Positions 9,888 through 21,675 are shown, counted from the stretch's first letter. The stretch is 36,856 nt of DNA from Candidatus Eiseniibacteriota bacterium (GCA_034440375.1 JAWXBZ010000209.1:1-36856); one strand, 5' to 3'. Made by a program: numbers and translations. Notes: generated by a model not told the origin, from the sequence alone.

Positions 9888-10676
9888 ATGACCACCAGCG
9901 AGTCACTTATGCGCGCTTCGACCCCCAGGCACTGGGACGATTACTGGAAAAAACAGGACGACCTCGACGACGCCTATTCGAATGAGGATCGGCTCATCGA
10001 CGGCCTCCTTCGGCTCATGGACCCGAAGGGGAAGAAGATCCTGGAGGTCGGCGGCGGCTCGGGGCGGGATTCGATCCGGCTGGCTCAGATGGGGGCCGAG
10101 GTCACGGTCATCGATTACGTCGAGTCATCACTCGGCGTCGTGGCGCGAAATGCGGAGCGAGCCGGGGTCAAGATCACGCTGGTGCACGGCGATGCGCTCA
10201 AGATGCCGTTCCCCGACAACACCTTCGATGCCGTATTCCACCAGGGGCTCATGGAGCACTTCCGCGATGAGCAGCCGCTGCTTCTCGAGAACCGCCGCGT
10301 CCTGAAGCCCGGCGGCCTTGTCCTGATCGATGTGCCGCAGAAATATCACATCTATACGCTCTTCAAACAGACACTGATCGCGATGAATCGCTGGTTCGCC
10401 GGCTGGGAGACGCAATATTCCATCGACGAACTCGAGTCGATCGTCCGGAAGGCCGGCTTCGAAGTGGCCGGCCGCTACGGCGATTGGATGTGCCCGGGAT
10501 TCTTCTACCGGCTGGCGAGGCGGGGCCTCTCGACGACGGGGCTGGCAAAACTTCCCAAATATCCCCGGGTACCGCCCTTCGCCCAGATCAACGATGCCTG
10601 GCGCGGTGCCTGGCGGCGTACGCCGGTGGCCATCTACACCTACGCGATGATTGGGGCCGTGGGTCGCAAGGTCTGA
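9888..10676 (+). CDS. Class I SAM-dependent methyltransferase (type 11)
   Basis: ILEVGGGSG, GDALKMPFPDNTFD and RVLKPGG motifs. The start may be 9909. Confidence 0.92.
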   Translation: MTTSESLMRASTPRHWDDYWKKQDDLDDAYSNEDRLIDGLLRLMDPKGKKILEVGGGSGRDSIRLAQMGAEVTVIDYVESSLGVVARNAERAGVKITLVHGDALKMPFPDNTFDAVFHQGLMEHFRDEQPLLLENRRVLKPGGLVLIDVPQKYHIYTLFKQTLIAMNRWFAGWETQYSIDELESIVRKAGFEVAGRYGDWMCPGFFYRLARRGLSTTGLAKLPKYPRVPPFAQINDAWRGAWRRTPVAIYTYAMIGAVGRKV

Positions 10677-10689
10677 TCAACGCCAATAA

Positions 10690-10890
10690 TGGGAGGAAAT
10701 ATCATGCCCGGAGATTTCCGGCTCGGTGGAGGAAATGTTCGAGGCGATCGAGCAGGATGGTGAGTACCGCGCCAGGTACGATGCCGATGACGGGCACCCC
10801 ACGTTTTTCCGGCTGGGACAACCCGAAGTCGATGCCGGCTCCGATCACCATGTCCTCTGGTTGCGTCACGCCAACATCAAAATCCAATAA
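10690..10890 (+). pseudogene. 3' gene fragment, DUF6174-like
   Basis: Stop-to-stop frame WEEISCPEISGSVEEMFEAIEQDGEYRARYDADDGHPTFFRLGQPEVDAG...*, with coding-like codon usage. The pattern V/IEELF..I...YD...G.P resembles the DUF6174 C-terminus. Confidence 0.45.
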
Positions 10891-10898
10891 ACCCGTAT

Positions 10899-11708
10899 TT
10901 AGTGACGGCCGAGCGCTATCTTGATCTCGCTCCAGGTTACCGGGCGGACCGCCACCACGCGGGAGAACTTCTGAATTCGATGGTTGGTGAGATCCGCGAT
11001 GTAGATATCGCTGAACGAGTCGATCGCCAATCCAATGGGATGATTGAGTTGACCGATGTCCGCGCCGAACGCACCGAACCGCGCAAGGTACCCACCCGTG
11101 CCGGTGAATATCTGAAAGCGATGGTTGGCGAATTCGGAGGCGCAGACATTGCCGGCGGGATCCACCGCCACGCCGGTGGGAAGATCGAACTGGCCGTCGC
11201 CACTCCCCGTTGACCCCCACTGGGTGAGGTACGTGCCGGTGCCGGTGAACTTCTGGATCCGATTGTTGCCGGGATCCGCGACGTAGACATCGCCGGCGGC
11301 GTCGATCGCCAGTCCCCTGGGCAATGCGAACTGGCCGTCGCCGCTGAACTTCTGGATTCGATGGTTGCCGAGGTCCGCGACGTAGACATCACCGGTGGCG
11401 TCCACGGCTACTCCCGAGGGATTGTCGAACTGACCGGTGCCGGCGCCCCGGGAACCCCACTGGGCGAGGTAGTCGCCGGTGCTGTTGAATTTCTGGATGC
11501 GGTGATTGTAGAGGTCCGCCACGTAGACATGACGGTTCGTGTCCACTGCAATACCGGTGGGATTGTCGAACTGTCCGGCGCCGGCGCCGTAGGAGCCCCA
11601 CTCCGTGAGGTGGAACTCGAAGTCCATCGCGCCGACCGTCGCGGGCAGGAGGAGCGCCGGGACGATGAGCGCGATCGTGAATCCGAATCGTCTGACCGAT
11701 GATCTCAT
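10899..11708 (-). CDS. Secreted NHL-repeat beta-propeller protein (5 repeats, internal deletion) with TWxxIK tail
   Basis: GGAGGTGAG RBS, signal peptide, GQF..P.G.AVD..G.VYVAD..N.RIQKF repeats; ends VAVRPVTWSEIKIALGRH. Confidence 0.9.
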   Translation of the reverse strand: MRSSVRRFGFTIALIVPALLLPATVGAMDFEFHLTEWGSYGAGAGQFDNPTGIAVDTNRHVYVADLYNHRIQKFNSTGDYLAQWGSRGAGTGQFDNPSGVAVDATGDVYVADLGNHRIQKFSGDGQFALPRGLAIDAAGDVYVADPGNNRIQKFTGTGTYLTQWGSTGSGDGQFDLPTGVAVDPAGNVCASEFANHRFQIFTGTGGYLARFGAFGADIGQLNHPIGLAIDSFSDIYIADLTNHRIQKFSRVVAVRPVTWSEIKIALGRH

Positions 11709-11769
11709 CGACTCACCTCCGGCACACTTTGCTCCCGGCGTCAGCCCCGGTGGTTGATCCCTGTCACCG

Positions 11770-13560
11770 TCAGGATATCTTGAGGCGCTTCTCCAGCTCG
11801 GACAATTCCTCAGACAGCCCCGCCGGCAACTTCGCGCCGAACTTGTCGTAGTGGCTGCGGATGAGCGGCAGCTCGGCGGTCCAGCCAGGCACATCGATGG
11901 CCAGTATCTGCCTCATGGCGTCCTCGGACACGGATAGCCCTGACAGGTCGAGCGCGCCCTTGGCCGGCAGGCGGCCGATCGGCGTGTCGATGGCCTCGCC
12001 GCCGCCGGTGACCCGCTCGAAGACCCATTTCAGGACGCGGCTGTTTTCGCCGTAGCCGGGCCAGAGGAATTTGCCGTCGGCGCCCTTGCGGAACCAGTTC
12101 ACCTGGTAGATGCGCGGCAACTTCGCGGCGTCCGCGCCGGCGCCGATCTTCAGCCAGTGTGCGAAATAATCGCCCATGTGATAGCCGCAGAACGGCAGCA
12201 TGGCGAAAGGATCGTGCCGAAGCTGTCCGACGGTTCCGGCGGCGGCGGCGGTCATCTCACTCCCCATGATCGAACCGAGGAAGGTGCCGTGCTGCCACGA
12301 GCGCGCTTCGTTGACCAGCGGCACCACGGTGGCACGGCGACCGCCGAACAGGATGGCGGAGATCGGCACGCCATTCGGATTTTCCCACTCGGAGGAGATG
12401 ACCGGGCACTGTCTGGCCGGCGTCGTGAATCGGGCGTTGGGGTGGGCGGCCGGTCGACCCGACGTCGGCGACCAGGGGCGGCGCAGCCAATCGACCAGCG
12501 ATGCGGGCGCCGCGTGGGTCATCTGCTCCCACCAGACATCGTTGTCGGGCGTCAGGGCGCAGTTGGTGAAGATCGAGTTCTTCTGGGCGGTGACCATGGC
12601 ATTCGGGTTCGACTTCATGCTGGTGCCGGGCGCCACGCCAAAGAATCCGGCCTCCGGATTGATGGCATGCAGGCGGCCGTCGGCTCCGAATTTCATCCAG
12701 GCGATGTCATCGCCGACTGTTTCGATTTTCCAACCGGGGAGCGTCGGATTCATCATGGCCAGGTTCGTCTTGCCGCAGGCGGAGGGGAACGCCGCGGCCA
12801 CGTAAATCTTGCTGCCGGCCGGATCGGTGATGCCGAGGATCAGCATGTGCTCGGCCATCCATCCCTCGTCCCGGGCCTGAACGGACGCGATGCGCAGCGC
12901 ATGGCACTTCTTGCCGAGCAGGGCGTTGCCGCCGTAACCGGAGCCGTACGACCAGATCTCGCGCGTTTCCGGGAAGTGGCTGATGTACTTGGTTGTCGGA
13001 TTGCACGGCCAGGGGCTGTCGGGCGCATTTCCCTTGAGCGGGGCACCGATCGAATGAAGGCCCCGGACGAATTCGCCGTCCGTGCCCAGGACATCCAGCA
13101 CCTTCGTGCCGACGCGGGCCATGATATGCATGTTGGCCACCACGTACGGGCTGTCGGAAATCTCCACGCCGATCTTGGCGATCGGCGAACCGATCGGCCC
13201 CATGCTGTAAGGCACGACGTACATCGTGCGGCCGGTCATGCAGCCGGTGAACAGCGGCGTCAGCGTGGCCTTCATCCCGGCCGGATCGCGCCAGTTGTTG
13301 GTCGGTCCGGCGTCATCCTTCGACTTCGAGCAGATGAAGGTGAACTCCTCGACCCGGGCTACATCGGCCGGATCAGAACGGACAAAGATGCTGTTGGGCC
13401 GTTTGACCGGATCCAGCCACTGGGCCGTTCCGGTCTGCACCATCAGGTTGAGCATTCGCTGATATTCGGCATCCGACCCATCGCACCAGACCACATGGTC
13501 CGGCTGGCAGAGGGTGGCCGTTTCCTTGACCCAGGTTTCCAGCGTTGCGTGCTTCGTCAT
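11770..13560 (-). CDS. pckG: Phosphoenolpyruvate carboxykinase (GTP)
   Basis: [38 protein letters not shown] and NWFRK motifs. Confidence 0.98.
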   Translation of the reverse strand: MTKHATLETWVKETATLCQPDHVVWCDGSDAEYQRMLNLMVQTGTAQWLDPVKRPNSIFVRSDPADVARVEEFTFICSKSKDDAGPTNNWRDPAGMKATLTPLFTGCMTGRTMYVVPYSMGPIGSPIAKIGVEISDSPYVVANMHIMARVGTKVLDVLGTDGEFVRGLHSIGAPLKGNAPDSPWPCNPTTKYISHFPETREIWSYGSGYGGNALLGKKCHALRIASVQARDEGWMAEHMLILGITDPAGSKIYVAAAFPSACGKTNLAMMNPTLPGWKIETVGDDIAWMKFGADGRLHAINPEAGFFGVAPGTSMKSNPNAMVTAQKNSIFTNCALTPDNDVWWEQMTHAAPASLVDWLRRPWSPTSGRPAAHPNARFTTPARQCPVISSEWENPNGVPISAILFGGRRATVVPLVNEARSWQHGTFLGSIMGSEMTAAAAGTVGQLRHDPFAMLPFCGYHMGDYFAHWLKIGAGADAAKLPRIYQVNWFRKGADGKFLWPGYGENSRVLKWVFERVTGGGEAIDTPIGRLPAKGALDLSGLSVSEDAMRQILAIDVPGWTAELPLIRSHYDKFGAKLPAGLSEELSELEKRLKIS

Positions 13561-13645
13561 GAGTAATGGCCTTCACAGGAGAATTAGCGTCAGGCGCGCC
13601 CAGTGGCGCCGCGCCCGACCGGGGCGCGGCGCAAGGGCGGCAATA

Positions 13646-14698
13646 TTAGCGCCGCAGGCGTCGCCGGAGAAGCCCCGCCGGCAGAATCAGGAACAGGACG
13701 CTCTCCAGCGGCAAAACGGATCCGAAGGGGGCGTTGGACCATCGAAGCTCCCGGTCCGAGGGAGCCCGTACGACCATCTGGCTGCCCGTCATGGCATCAC
13801 TGGTCCGAAATGTGCGGTCGAGGCGGGTCAGGAAGGCACCCGGGCGAAGCCGTGAGCCCACTTCCGAAAATCCATTGTTGATGGCGGTCAATTCGGTGTG
13901 GGAAATCTGGTTGACGTAGTTCGTTTGAAATCCGGCGAGATCCACCCGGTGATCGTCGACCACGTAAAAGATGACGGGAAAGAAATCATCCCGGTTGATG
14001 GCCATCAACTCCAGGGGCACTTCAACCTCGTCGGCCGCATACCGGAATTCCACGGGGTTAACGTTCACATCCCAGCCACCGGCAGGCCGCCGCGCCTCCG
14101 GGCTGGCCGGGTCGAGTTTCATCGCCGTGAAGACCCAGCCGCGCGCCACGTAGCGGCCGAGAGCCTGGGCCTCGGGCTCGGTGACCTGAAACCCGTTGCC
14201 GCTCAGCCAGGCGACCAGACCCTGCGGATCAGTGGCGCGGATCGTCGTGGCCAGAAAGCTGCCGACGGAGGTTCTGGCGATGATTTCGACGTCGGTGGGG
14301 GCCGCATTGTCCCTGCCTGCCAGGACCTGCTCCCCCCCGCACCCGGATCCTCCGGAGGAAAACGTTCTCGGAGGCGGCGCCGTGAGGCTGGTAGCCTGCT
14401 GCCAGATTTCCTTCGCCACCGGATGCAACGTCGGCACGGTCGGTGTCGGCACGACCAGGGCAAACGAGTTGGCCAACCCCGATAGCCGAATGTTGGGAAT
14501 GACCCGCACGAGGCCGTTCTCACGATCCATGATGACAAAGGTGGCCTGGCCGCTGTTCTCGATGTCACAGTCGAAGCAGGGAAACACGGTGCACATGGCC
14601 GAGACTGGAACGGCGACAGTGCCGGAAATAAACAGGACGATGGCAAGCGACAGAAGCGCGGCCGCAATCCGCCGCCGGACGAAGGATGGCGATGACAT
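13646..14698 (-). CDS. DUF2330-family exported protein with a C-terminal hydrophobic plus Arg-rich anchor
   Basis: GGAGG RBS, signal peptide, FALVVPTP, L.AWL..NGF and YV..GWVF.AMKL motifs; ends LFLILPAGLLRRRLRR. Confidence 0.85.
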   Translation of the reverse strand: MSSPSFVRRRIAAALLSLAIVLFISGTVAVPVSAMCTVFPCFDCDIENSGQATFVIMDRENGLVRVIPNIRLSGLANSFALVVPTPTVPTLHPVAKEIWQQATSLTAPPPRTFSSGGSGCGGEQVLAGRDNAAPTDVEIIARTSVGSFLATTIRATDPQGLVAWLSGNGFQVTEPEAQALGRYVARGWVFTAMKLDPASPEARRPAGGWDVNVNPVEFRYAADEVEVPLELMAINRDDFFPVIFYVVDDHRVDLAGFQTNYVNQISHTELTAINNGFSEVGSRLRPGAFLTRLDRTFRTSDAMTGSQMVVRAPSDRELRWSNAPFGSVLPLESVLFLILPAGLLRRRLRR

Positions 14699-14715
14699 GA
14701 TGTACCTCCCGTGAA

Positions 14716-15333
14716 TCAGCGGAGCGAAGCGGAAAGGCCCAGCTCCATGGATAGCGCGCTGTAGCTGATTTCCCTCGAGCCTCCCCGGTAAGTGACCGCG
14801 TCGACCAGTGACAGGCGGCTGCGTCCAAAGGCATTCCATCGATCGCTCAAACGGAACTCCGGCCGCAACTCAAGACCGGCGCCAACCGTGGCGCCACTGA
14901 AGGTATCGTCATTCGCATTGGTGTAACGGGTGCTCATGATTTCGACGAAGAAACCGGCGTAGAGGCGCGGCCAGGGATTCTGACTGCCGGGCGCCAGTCG
15001 GGTTCGGACACTGGCGACGATCGGAACGACGAAATAGTGCGATTCAGACACCTCGAAGGTCGGACTGCCTCCGTCCCGGCCGCCCGAACGAATGTATCCG
15101 ATGTCGAGTGCGATCGACGATGCGCCATTGGCGAAATCAGAGGCAATACCAATCGTGAACTGGGGGGCCAGTCCGAAAACTTCCCGCTCATTGGTTCCGG
15201 TCGGTGCATGGATGCCACCGGATACCTCAAGTCGGGCCGGCGAGGCAAGGCCGGGGAGCGAGAGGCCGGTCAGGCTCAGAATGGCCGCCAGGGCCATGAC
15301 AATGGGCTTTGCCAAGTTCGTGCGCGGCGGCAT
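14716..15333 (-). CDS. Putative small outer-membrane beta-barrel protein
   Basis: GGAGG RBS, signal peptide, and about 8 amphipathic alternating beta strands (LDIGY, YAGF, GAGLE, MELGLSA). Confidence 0.7.
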   Translation of the reverse strand: MPPRTNLAKPIVMALAAILSLTGLSLPGLASPARLEVSGGIHAPTGTNEREVFGLAPQFTIGIASDFANGASSIALDIGYIRSGGRDGGSPTFEVSESHYFVVPIVASVRTRLAPGSQNPWPRLYAGFFVEIMSTRYTNANDDTFSGATVGAGLELRPEFRLSDRWNAFGRSRLSLVDAVTYRGGSREISYSALSMELGLSASLR

Positions 15334-15435
15334 CAGGAACCTCCCGGTCGAAGCGGACCCGCAAGGGAAACCGGGCCAACAGGAGTGTAGCGCGCCGGGG
15401 ACCCGGGTGGTGGTGCGAATCTGTTCCAACTGCCC

Positions 15436-16299
<864 letters not shown>

Positions 16300-16322
16300 G
16301 TATTCCTCCGACAAGGGGTCGC

Positions 16323-18581
16323 TCAGGACCCGGACCTGGATTTCGTTGCGGCTGGTTTCTTTGGCGCGGTCTTTTTGGCCGCCGGTTTTTTTGCCGCCGG
16401 TTTCTTTGCCGTGGCCGCACCCGGGGCCTTTGGCGCCATCCCGATCTGGGCGAAAACGAATGACCAGATGTCCGTGTACTCCTCGACCAGTTTGCGCACC
16501 GGCTTGCCGGCTCCGTGGCCCGCCCGCGTTTCCAGTCGGAGCAGCACCGGCCGCCCCGAGGTCGAGGCCGCCTGCAGACGAGCCGTCATCTTGCGGGCAT
16601 GAAGCGGCGCCACGCGACTGTCGGATTCGGCGGTGGCCAGGAGGATGGCCGGATAGACCGTTCCATCCTTGACGTTCTGGTACGGCGAGTAGCGTCGCAG
16701 GTATTCAAACTGCGTCGAGTCTTCCGCGGTGCCGTACTCCGGAATCCAGAGGCGGGCCACCAGAAACTGGTGATAGCGCAGCATGTCGAGCAGCGGTACC
16801 TGGCAGACGACGGCGCGGAAGAGATCCGGCTTCTGCACCAGCGCGGCGCCCACCAGAAGCCCGCCGTTCGACCCCCCCTGAGCCACCAGTTTCGACGACG
16901 AGGTGTACTTCTGCTTGATCAGCCACTCGGCGGCGGCCAGGTAGTCATCGAAAACATTCTGTTTCCGATCGAGCGTACCGGCCTGATGCCAGGCCTCGCC
17001 ATACTCACCCCCGCCCCGCAGGTTGGCGATGGCCAGGACGCCTCCCTGCTCCAACCAGAGAAATGAATTGCGCTGAAAGCCGGGCACCAGGCTCTGATTG
17101 AAGCCACCATAGCCGTACAGGAGCGTCGGGTTGGTGCCGTTTTTTTTCAACCCCTTCTTATGCACCAGGAACATCGACACCGGTGTGCCATCCTTCGATG
17201 GGTAGGTCACCTGGTTCACGACATAGGCGCTTGAATCAATATCGGCCGCCACCCGATCGAACTCGGTCAGCCCCCCGGTGGCCGGATCAACCCGGTAGAC
17301 GATCGGCGGCACGAAATACGAATGGAACAGGAGATATGCCTCGGTCCCGTCTGATTCTCCGTTGAGGCACGCCACCGTGCCACGGAGCGGGAGTGTCACC
17401 GGATTTTCGATAACCCCTTCCCGATTGACGATGACCACGCGGGACGAAGCCAGGTGAAGGTAGTGAAGAAACAATCGCCCGGCGATCACTGAAACGCTGG
17501 TCAGGGCATCCGGTCCTTCGGGCACGATCTCCACCCAGCCGGCGCGTTCGGGTGCAGCCGGATCGACCCGGTACAGGCGCCCGCGGGGCGCTCCGGCGTT
17601 CGTCCAGAGGAAGATTTCGCCGGAGCCGAAGTGGGCTTCGTAGCGCGCCGCCTCCCCCGCCACCAGTGTTCGCCAGCCGGCCACGGGTGCCTGGCGGTCG
17701 GTGAGATACAGCTCCGTTCTATCCCAGCCAATGCTGACGGAGGCCAGGAGCCAGCGGCCATCACGCGAGATCTGGACATCGACCCAATCCTCGGGCGCGC
17801 GGCCATCACCGAAAATCAGCGAGTCCGCGCGGTGGTCGGTATCGAGAAGGTGGCGGAAAATGCGCCGGTGGTAATTCTCATCACCGCGCGGCACGTCGCC
17901 GATGTCGGGATATCGCGTGTAGTAAAACCCGGTGGCATCGGGGAGCCAGGCCACCGAGGCTGCACGTGTTCGAGGAATTTCCTCGATTCGATCCCGACCG
18001 GTGTCGACATCCCGCACGCGAAGCGTGCTCCACTCATCGCCGTTGCGGGAGGATCCCCAGGCGACCAGCAACCCGTCGGGCGAGGGGTACCACCAGTCGA
18101 GCGCGGTCGTGCCATCGCCCGAAAGCGTGTTCGGATCGATCAGGACGCGGGAGCCACCGGAATCGCGCAGGTACAGGACGGGCTGCTCCTGGTCCCCGCT
18201 CCGCTTGAGATAGAAAAGACGCCCACCCCGCGCTTTCGGTGCGTCAATGGTGCCGATGGTCATGAGCTGGCTCAGCCGCTCGCGAATGTAGTCGCGGCCG
18301 GGCACCGCATCCAGGAGCAGCCGCGTGTAGGCGTTCTGCGTTCCAGTCCACTGCCGGACCTCGGTCGAGCGATCGTCTTCGAGCCAGCGGTAGGGGTCGC
18401 GCATGGAAACGCCGTGGATCGTCTCCACGACATCCTCAAGGCGCGTTTCCGGTGGAAGGGTGATGAGCGTGTCGGATGGCACGGTCGGGGCATCCTTCCG
18501 TTTGGGGGCGGCAGTCGTCGTGGCAACCCATCCGCAGCAGGCGAGAAGGCCGCCCAGGGTGAGAAGAACCGCCCGGGTCAT
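16323..18581 (-). CDS. Secreted prolyl oligopeptidase (S9A) with a histone-H1-like basic tail
   Basis: Signal peptide, [14 protein letters not shown], catalytic GGSNGG, DSRV and AGHG motifs; ends [23 protein letters not shown]. Confidence 0.95.
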   Translation of the reverse strand: MTRAVLLTLGGLLACCGWVATTTAAPKRKDAPTVPSDTLITLPPETRLEDVVETIHGVSMRDPYRWLEDDRSTEVRQWTGTQNAYTRLLLDAVPGRDYIRERLSQLMTIGTIDAPKARGGRLFYLKRSGDQEQPVLYLRDSGGSRVLIDPNTLSGDGTTALDWWYPSPDGLLVAWGSSRNGDEWSTLRVRDVDTGRDRIEEIPRTRAASVAWLPDATGFYYTRYPDIGDVPRGDENYHRRIFRHLLDTDHRADSLIFGDGRAPEDWVDVQISRDGRWLLASVSIGWDRTELYLTDRQAPVAGWRTLVAGEAARYEAHFGSGEIFLWTNAGAPRGRLYRVDPAAPERAGWVEIVPEGPDALTSVSVIAGRLFLHYLHLASSRVVIVNREGVIENPVTLPLRGTVACLNGESDGTEAYLLFHSYFVPPIVYRVDPATGGLTEFDRVAADIDSSAYVVNQVTYPSKDGTPVSMFLVHKKGLKKNGTNPTLLYGYGGFNQSLVPGFQRNSFLWLEQGGVLAIANLRGGGEYGEAWHQAGTLDRKQNVFDDYLAAAEWLIKQKYTSSSKLVAQGGSNGGLLVGAALVQKPDLFRAVVCQVPLLDMLRYHQFLVARLWIPEYGTAEDSTQFEYLRRYSPYQNVKDGTVYPAILLATAESDSRVAPLHARKMTARLQAASTSGRPVLLRLETRAGHGAGKPVRKLVEEYTDIWSFVFAQIGMAPKAPGAATAKKPAAKKPAAKKTAPKKPAATKSRSGS
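16345..16412 (-). repeat. Degenerate 15-nt coding tandem repeat (AKKPA-like pentapeptide, about 4 copies)
   Basis: Units such as gccgccggtttcttt and gccgccggttttttt encode the peptidase tail. Confidence 0.8.
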
Positions 18582-18592
18582 CAATGGCGGAA

Positions 18593-19777
18593 TTACAGCA
18601 TCTCCACGGCCAGCGCCACCGCGTTACCCCCACCGAGGCAAAGGGTGGCCATACCGGTCTTCTTGCCGCGATCTTTGAGGGCATACAGCAGGGTCGTGAG
18701 CACGCGGGCGCCCGAAGCGCCGATCGGGTGCCCCAGCGCCACCGCGCCGCCGTTCACATTGACCCTTTTCCAATCCCACTCCAGCTCGCGGCCATCGACC
18801 AGCGCCTGTGCACTGAATGCCTCGTTAGCCTCGATCAAATCCCAGTGGTTGATGTCGACGTTCATTTTTTCCATGAGCTTCCGAACCGCCACGACCGGCG
18901 CGTAGAACAACATCTCCGGTTCGGTGCCGCCGGTGGTGTAGCCGGTGATGCGGGCCATCGGTATCAAGCCGAGTGCCTTCGCCCGATCGGCCGACATGAC
19001 CACCAATGCCGAGGCGCCATCGTTCACCGAGGGGGCATTGCCCGCAGTGACGCTGCCGTCCTTCTGGAACGCCGGCTTGAGCGCCGACAGCTTTTCGATG
19101 GTCGTGTCGCGGCGCGGGCCTTCATCCATATTCACGACGAGCGGTTCGCCCTTCCGTTGCGGAATGACGACATCCACGATCTCGCTCTTGAACTTCCCGG
19201 CATCCATGGCGGCCACGGCCTTCATCTGGCTGTCGAGCGCGAACCTGTCCTGATCCTCACGGGTCACCTTGAATTTGGCGGCGATGAACTCCGCCGCGGC
19301 ACCCATGTGATAGTTGTTGTACACATCCCACAAACCGTCATGGATCATGCCGTCGACGATCTGCTGGTGCCCCATCTTGAATCCTTCGCGCGCGCCGAAC
19401 AGGTAGTACGGCGCCCGGCTCATGCTCTCAAAACCGCCGGCCAGTACCACGTCCGCATCGCCCGCCTTGATGGCCTGCGCCGCCAGCATCACCGCCTTGA
19501 GACCCGACCCGCACACCTTGTTGACCGTGAAGGCGCCAACCGTGTCCGGCACGCCGCCGAAGTGCGCCGCCTGCCGTGCCGGTGCCTGTCCGACCCCCGC
19601 CTGCAGCACATTCCCCATGATCACTTCTTCGATGGCATCCGGTTCGATACCGGCCCGCAGGATGGCTTCCCGAACGGCCACGGCACCCAGTTCGGGGGCC
19701 TTGAGGCTGGCCAGCCCCCCCTGAAAACGACCAACCGCCGTACGGCAGGCACTGACGATCACGACCTCGCGGGACAT
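18593..19777 (-). CDS. atoB: Acetyl-CoA C-acetyltransferase (thiolase)
   Basis: NKVCGSG, NEAF, GHPIGASG and CLGGG motifs; AAGGAGGT RBS before MSREV. Confidence 0.96.
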   Translation of the reverse strand: MSREVVIVSACRTAVGRFQGGLASLKAPELGAVAVREAILRAGIEPDAIEEVIMGNVLQAGVGQAPARQAAHFGGVPDTVGAFTVNKVCGSGLKAVMLAAQAIKAGDADVVLAGGFESMSRAPYYLFGAREGFKMGHQQIVDGMIHDGLWDVYNNYHMGAAAEFIAAKFKVTREDQDRFALDSQMKAVAAMDAGKFKSEIVDVVIPQRKGEPLVVNMDEGPRRDTTIEKLSALKPAFQKDGSVTAGNAPSVNDGASALVVMSADRAKALGLIPMARITGYTTGGTEPEMLFYAPVVAVRKLMEKMNVDINHWDLIEANEAFSAQALVDGRELEWDWKRVNVNGGAVALGHPIGASGARVLTTLLYALKDRGKKTGMATLCLGGGNAVALAVEML

Positions 19778-19891
19778 TCGGATACCTCCTTCATGCTGCG
19801 GCACATATTTGAAGCGCCCAAAAGGGTACCGCAGCCGACGACACCTCTCAACTCAAGACGGCTGTTTGTCCTGCATCCTCAAACCCTGAAA

Positions 19892-20605
19892 TCAATCGAG
19901 GAGTGACTTGATTCCTCCCCAGGTGGAGGGAAGCACCGGCATGTCGTCGCAGGCGATGTCGCAGGGATTGCACCCGTTTTCCGTGCCGCCGGACGAGAAA
20001 GCCGCCGAGCCAAGGTCGCGACCCGCGTCCAGTGTCACCAGTGCCGACTGGCAGTTGCGAAGGGAGGCGATGCCGGATACCGGCTCGGCCGCAAGACGCA
20101 GAACATCGGCCGAATAAGCCCCGATGTAGAAATAACCGGCCACCGCCGCCTCGCCTTCCTGGCAACTTTCCGGCAGATCCCATCTGATCGTGATGCCACC
20201 GCCGGGCCGGGGCCATTCGGGGGCACCGGTCGAGATGTTGTCGATGGTGGCGCACGACCGCCACGCCAGGACATCGATGCCGACCCGATCACCAATTGCC
20301 CCGGCCGCACCACCCTGGTAGTCGATGCCGCAACGCACCTCGGCGACTCCCGTCATGGAGGTGCCGCGAGCGGCGAGAAGATACACGAAATAGTAGGGCC
20401 CTTCGGCCGGTGTCGTGAGGCCCCCGGACGTGACAGCCTCCACGCAGTCGCCCAGGGCGCCATGGTTCGCGCACGGGCTCTGCACGATCGGCGGGCGGAC
20501 ATGTAAAAGCAGTTTGGGCTGGCCGTCCCAGGGGGCGGACAGGGCGGGGCGGGGCGGAACGACAGCGAGCAGGAGCGCGAGACCAGCGAGTGGAATGAGC
20601 CGCAT
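19892..20605 (-). CDS. Secreted Cys-rich hypothetical protein with TWxxIK tail
   Basis: GGAGG RBS, signal peptide, 9 Cys; ends DMPVLPSTWGGIKSLLD. Confidence 0.85.
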   Translation of the reverse strand: MRLIPLAGLALLLAVVPPRPALSAPWDGQPKLLLHVRPPIVQSPCANHGALGDCVEAVTSGGLTTPAEGPYYFVYLLAARGTSMTGVAEVRCGIDYQGGAAGAIGDRVGIDVLAWRSCATIDNISTGAPEWPRPGGGITIRWDLPESCQEGEAAVAGYFYIGAYSADVLRLAAEPVSGIASLRNCQSALVTLDAGRDLGSAAFSSGGTENGCNPCDIACDDMPVLPSTWGGIKSLLD

Positions 20606-20694
20606 GAAAGACCTCCAATGGTTTTGACTGCCGACTTTCGATTGGCAGCCCTGAGCCAGACAGCTTCCATCTTATGCTGAATTGACGTGAAGGA

Positions 20695-21675
20695 CTACGG
20701 GCGCGCGGCCTGCGCCTTGATCCGGCTCCAGGTGGATTCCTCGACCGGAACGATGAATGGGCCGAACTTCTGGACCCGGTCGTTGCCGTTGTCCACGACG
20801 TAGACGAAACCGGCGGCATCGACTTCGACGCCTGAAGGGCCGCGGAACTGCCCGTTGCCGCCGCCGATCGTCCCCCATTGGTCAAGATAGGCACCGGCCG
20901 GCGTGAAAATCTGAATGCGATTGTTGGCTGAGTCGGCCACGTAGACATTGCCGTCCGGAGCCACGGTGACATCGTATGGAAACTGAAGCTGACCATTGCC
21001 GGCGCCGAATCCGCCAAATTGCGCCAGGTAAGTGCCGGTACCGGTGAATTTCTGGATGCGATTGTTGTTGGGGTCGGCCACGTAGACATTGCCGCCGGCA
21101 TCCACCGCCACGCCGGTCGGAAAGTCGAACTGGCCATTGCCGGTGCCGAGCGATCCCCATTCCGTCAGGTAGGTGCCCGTGCTCGTGAATTTCTGAACGC
21201 GATTATTCAGCGCATCGGTCACGTAGACATCGCCGCTCGCGTCAACGGCCACGCCATCTGGATAATTGAAAAGGCCGGCGGTGTTGCCAAATGCACCCCA
21301 ACTCGTCAGGTAGGCGCCGGCGGTCGTAAATTTCTGAATCCTATTGTTGCTGTGATCCGATACGAAAATGTTTCCGGAGCCATCCATGGCCGCGCCGAGT
21401 GGCACGATCATCTGGCCGGATGCGGATCCAAACGTACCCCACTGGTTCACGTAGCCGCCAGTACTCGTGAAGACCTCGATGCGATTATTTCCCGCATCCA
21501 CCACGTACACATTGCTGGCGGCGTCCAGCGCCAGACCGTACGGCAGGTTGAGCTGGCCGTTCCCGCTGCCGCTGGTTCCCCACTGTGTGATGTAGACGGG
21601 TGGAGCCGCGGACGTGGCGAGAGGGGTGAGGGCGAGGAAGGCGAATGGCAGGAGTAGCATTGGATGAGTACGCAT
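20695..21675 (-). CDS. Secreted NHL-repeat six-bladed beta-propeller with TWxxIK tail
   Basis: GGAGG RBS, signal peptide, six ~47-aa NHL repeats; ends IVPVEESTWSRIKAQAARP. Confidence 0.92.
   Translation of the reverse strand: MRTHPMLLLPFAFLALTPLATSAAPPVYITQWGTSGSGNGQLNLPYGLALDAASNVYVVDAGNNRIEVFTSTGGYVNQWGTFGSASGQMIVPLGAAMDGSGNIFVSDHSNNRIQKFTTAGAYLTSWGAFGNTAGLFNYPDGVAVDASGDVYVTDALNNRVQKFTSTGTYLTEWGSLGTGNGQFDFPTGVAVDAGGNVYVADPNNNRIQKFTGTGTYLAQFGGFGAGNGQLQFPYDVTVAPDGNVYVADSANNRIQIFTPAGAYLDQWGTIGGGNGQFRGPSGVEVDAAGFVYVVDNGNDRVQKFGPFIVPVEESTWSRIKAQAARP

Noticed and set aside
10704-10763. GGGAGG RBS plus a 19-codon ORF MPGDFRLGGG...
   Set aside because: The overlapping frame looks more protein-like, so the RBS is probably coincidental.
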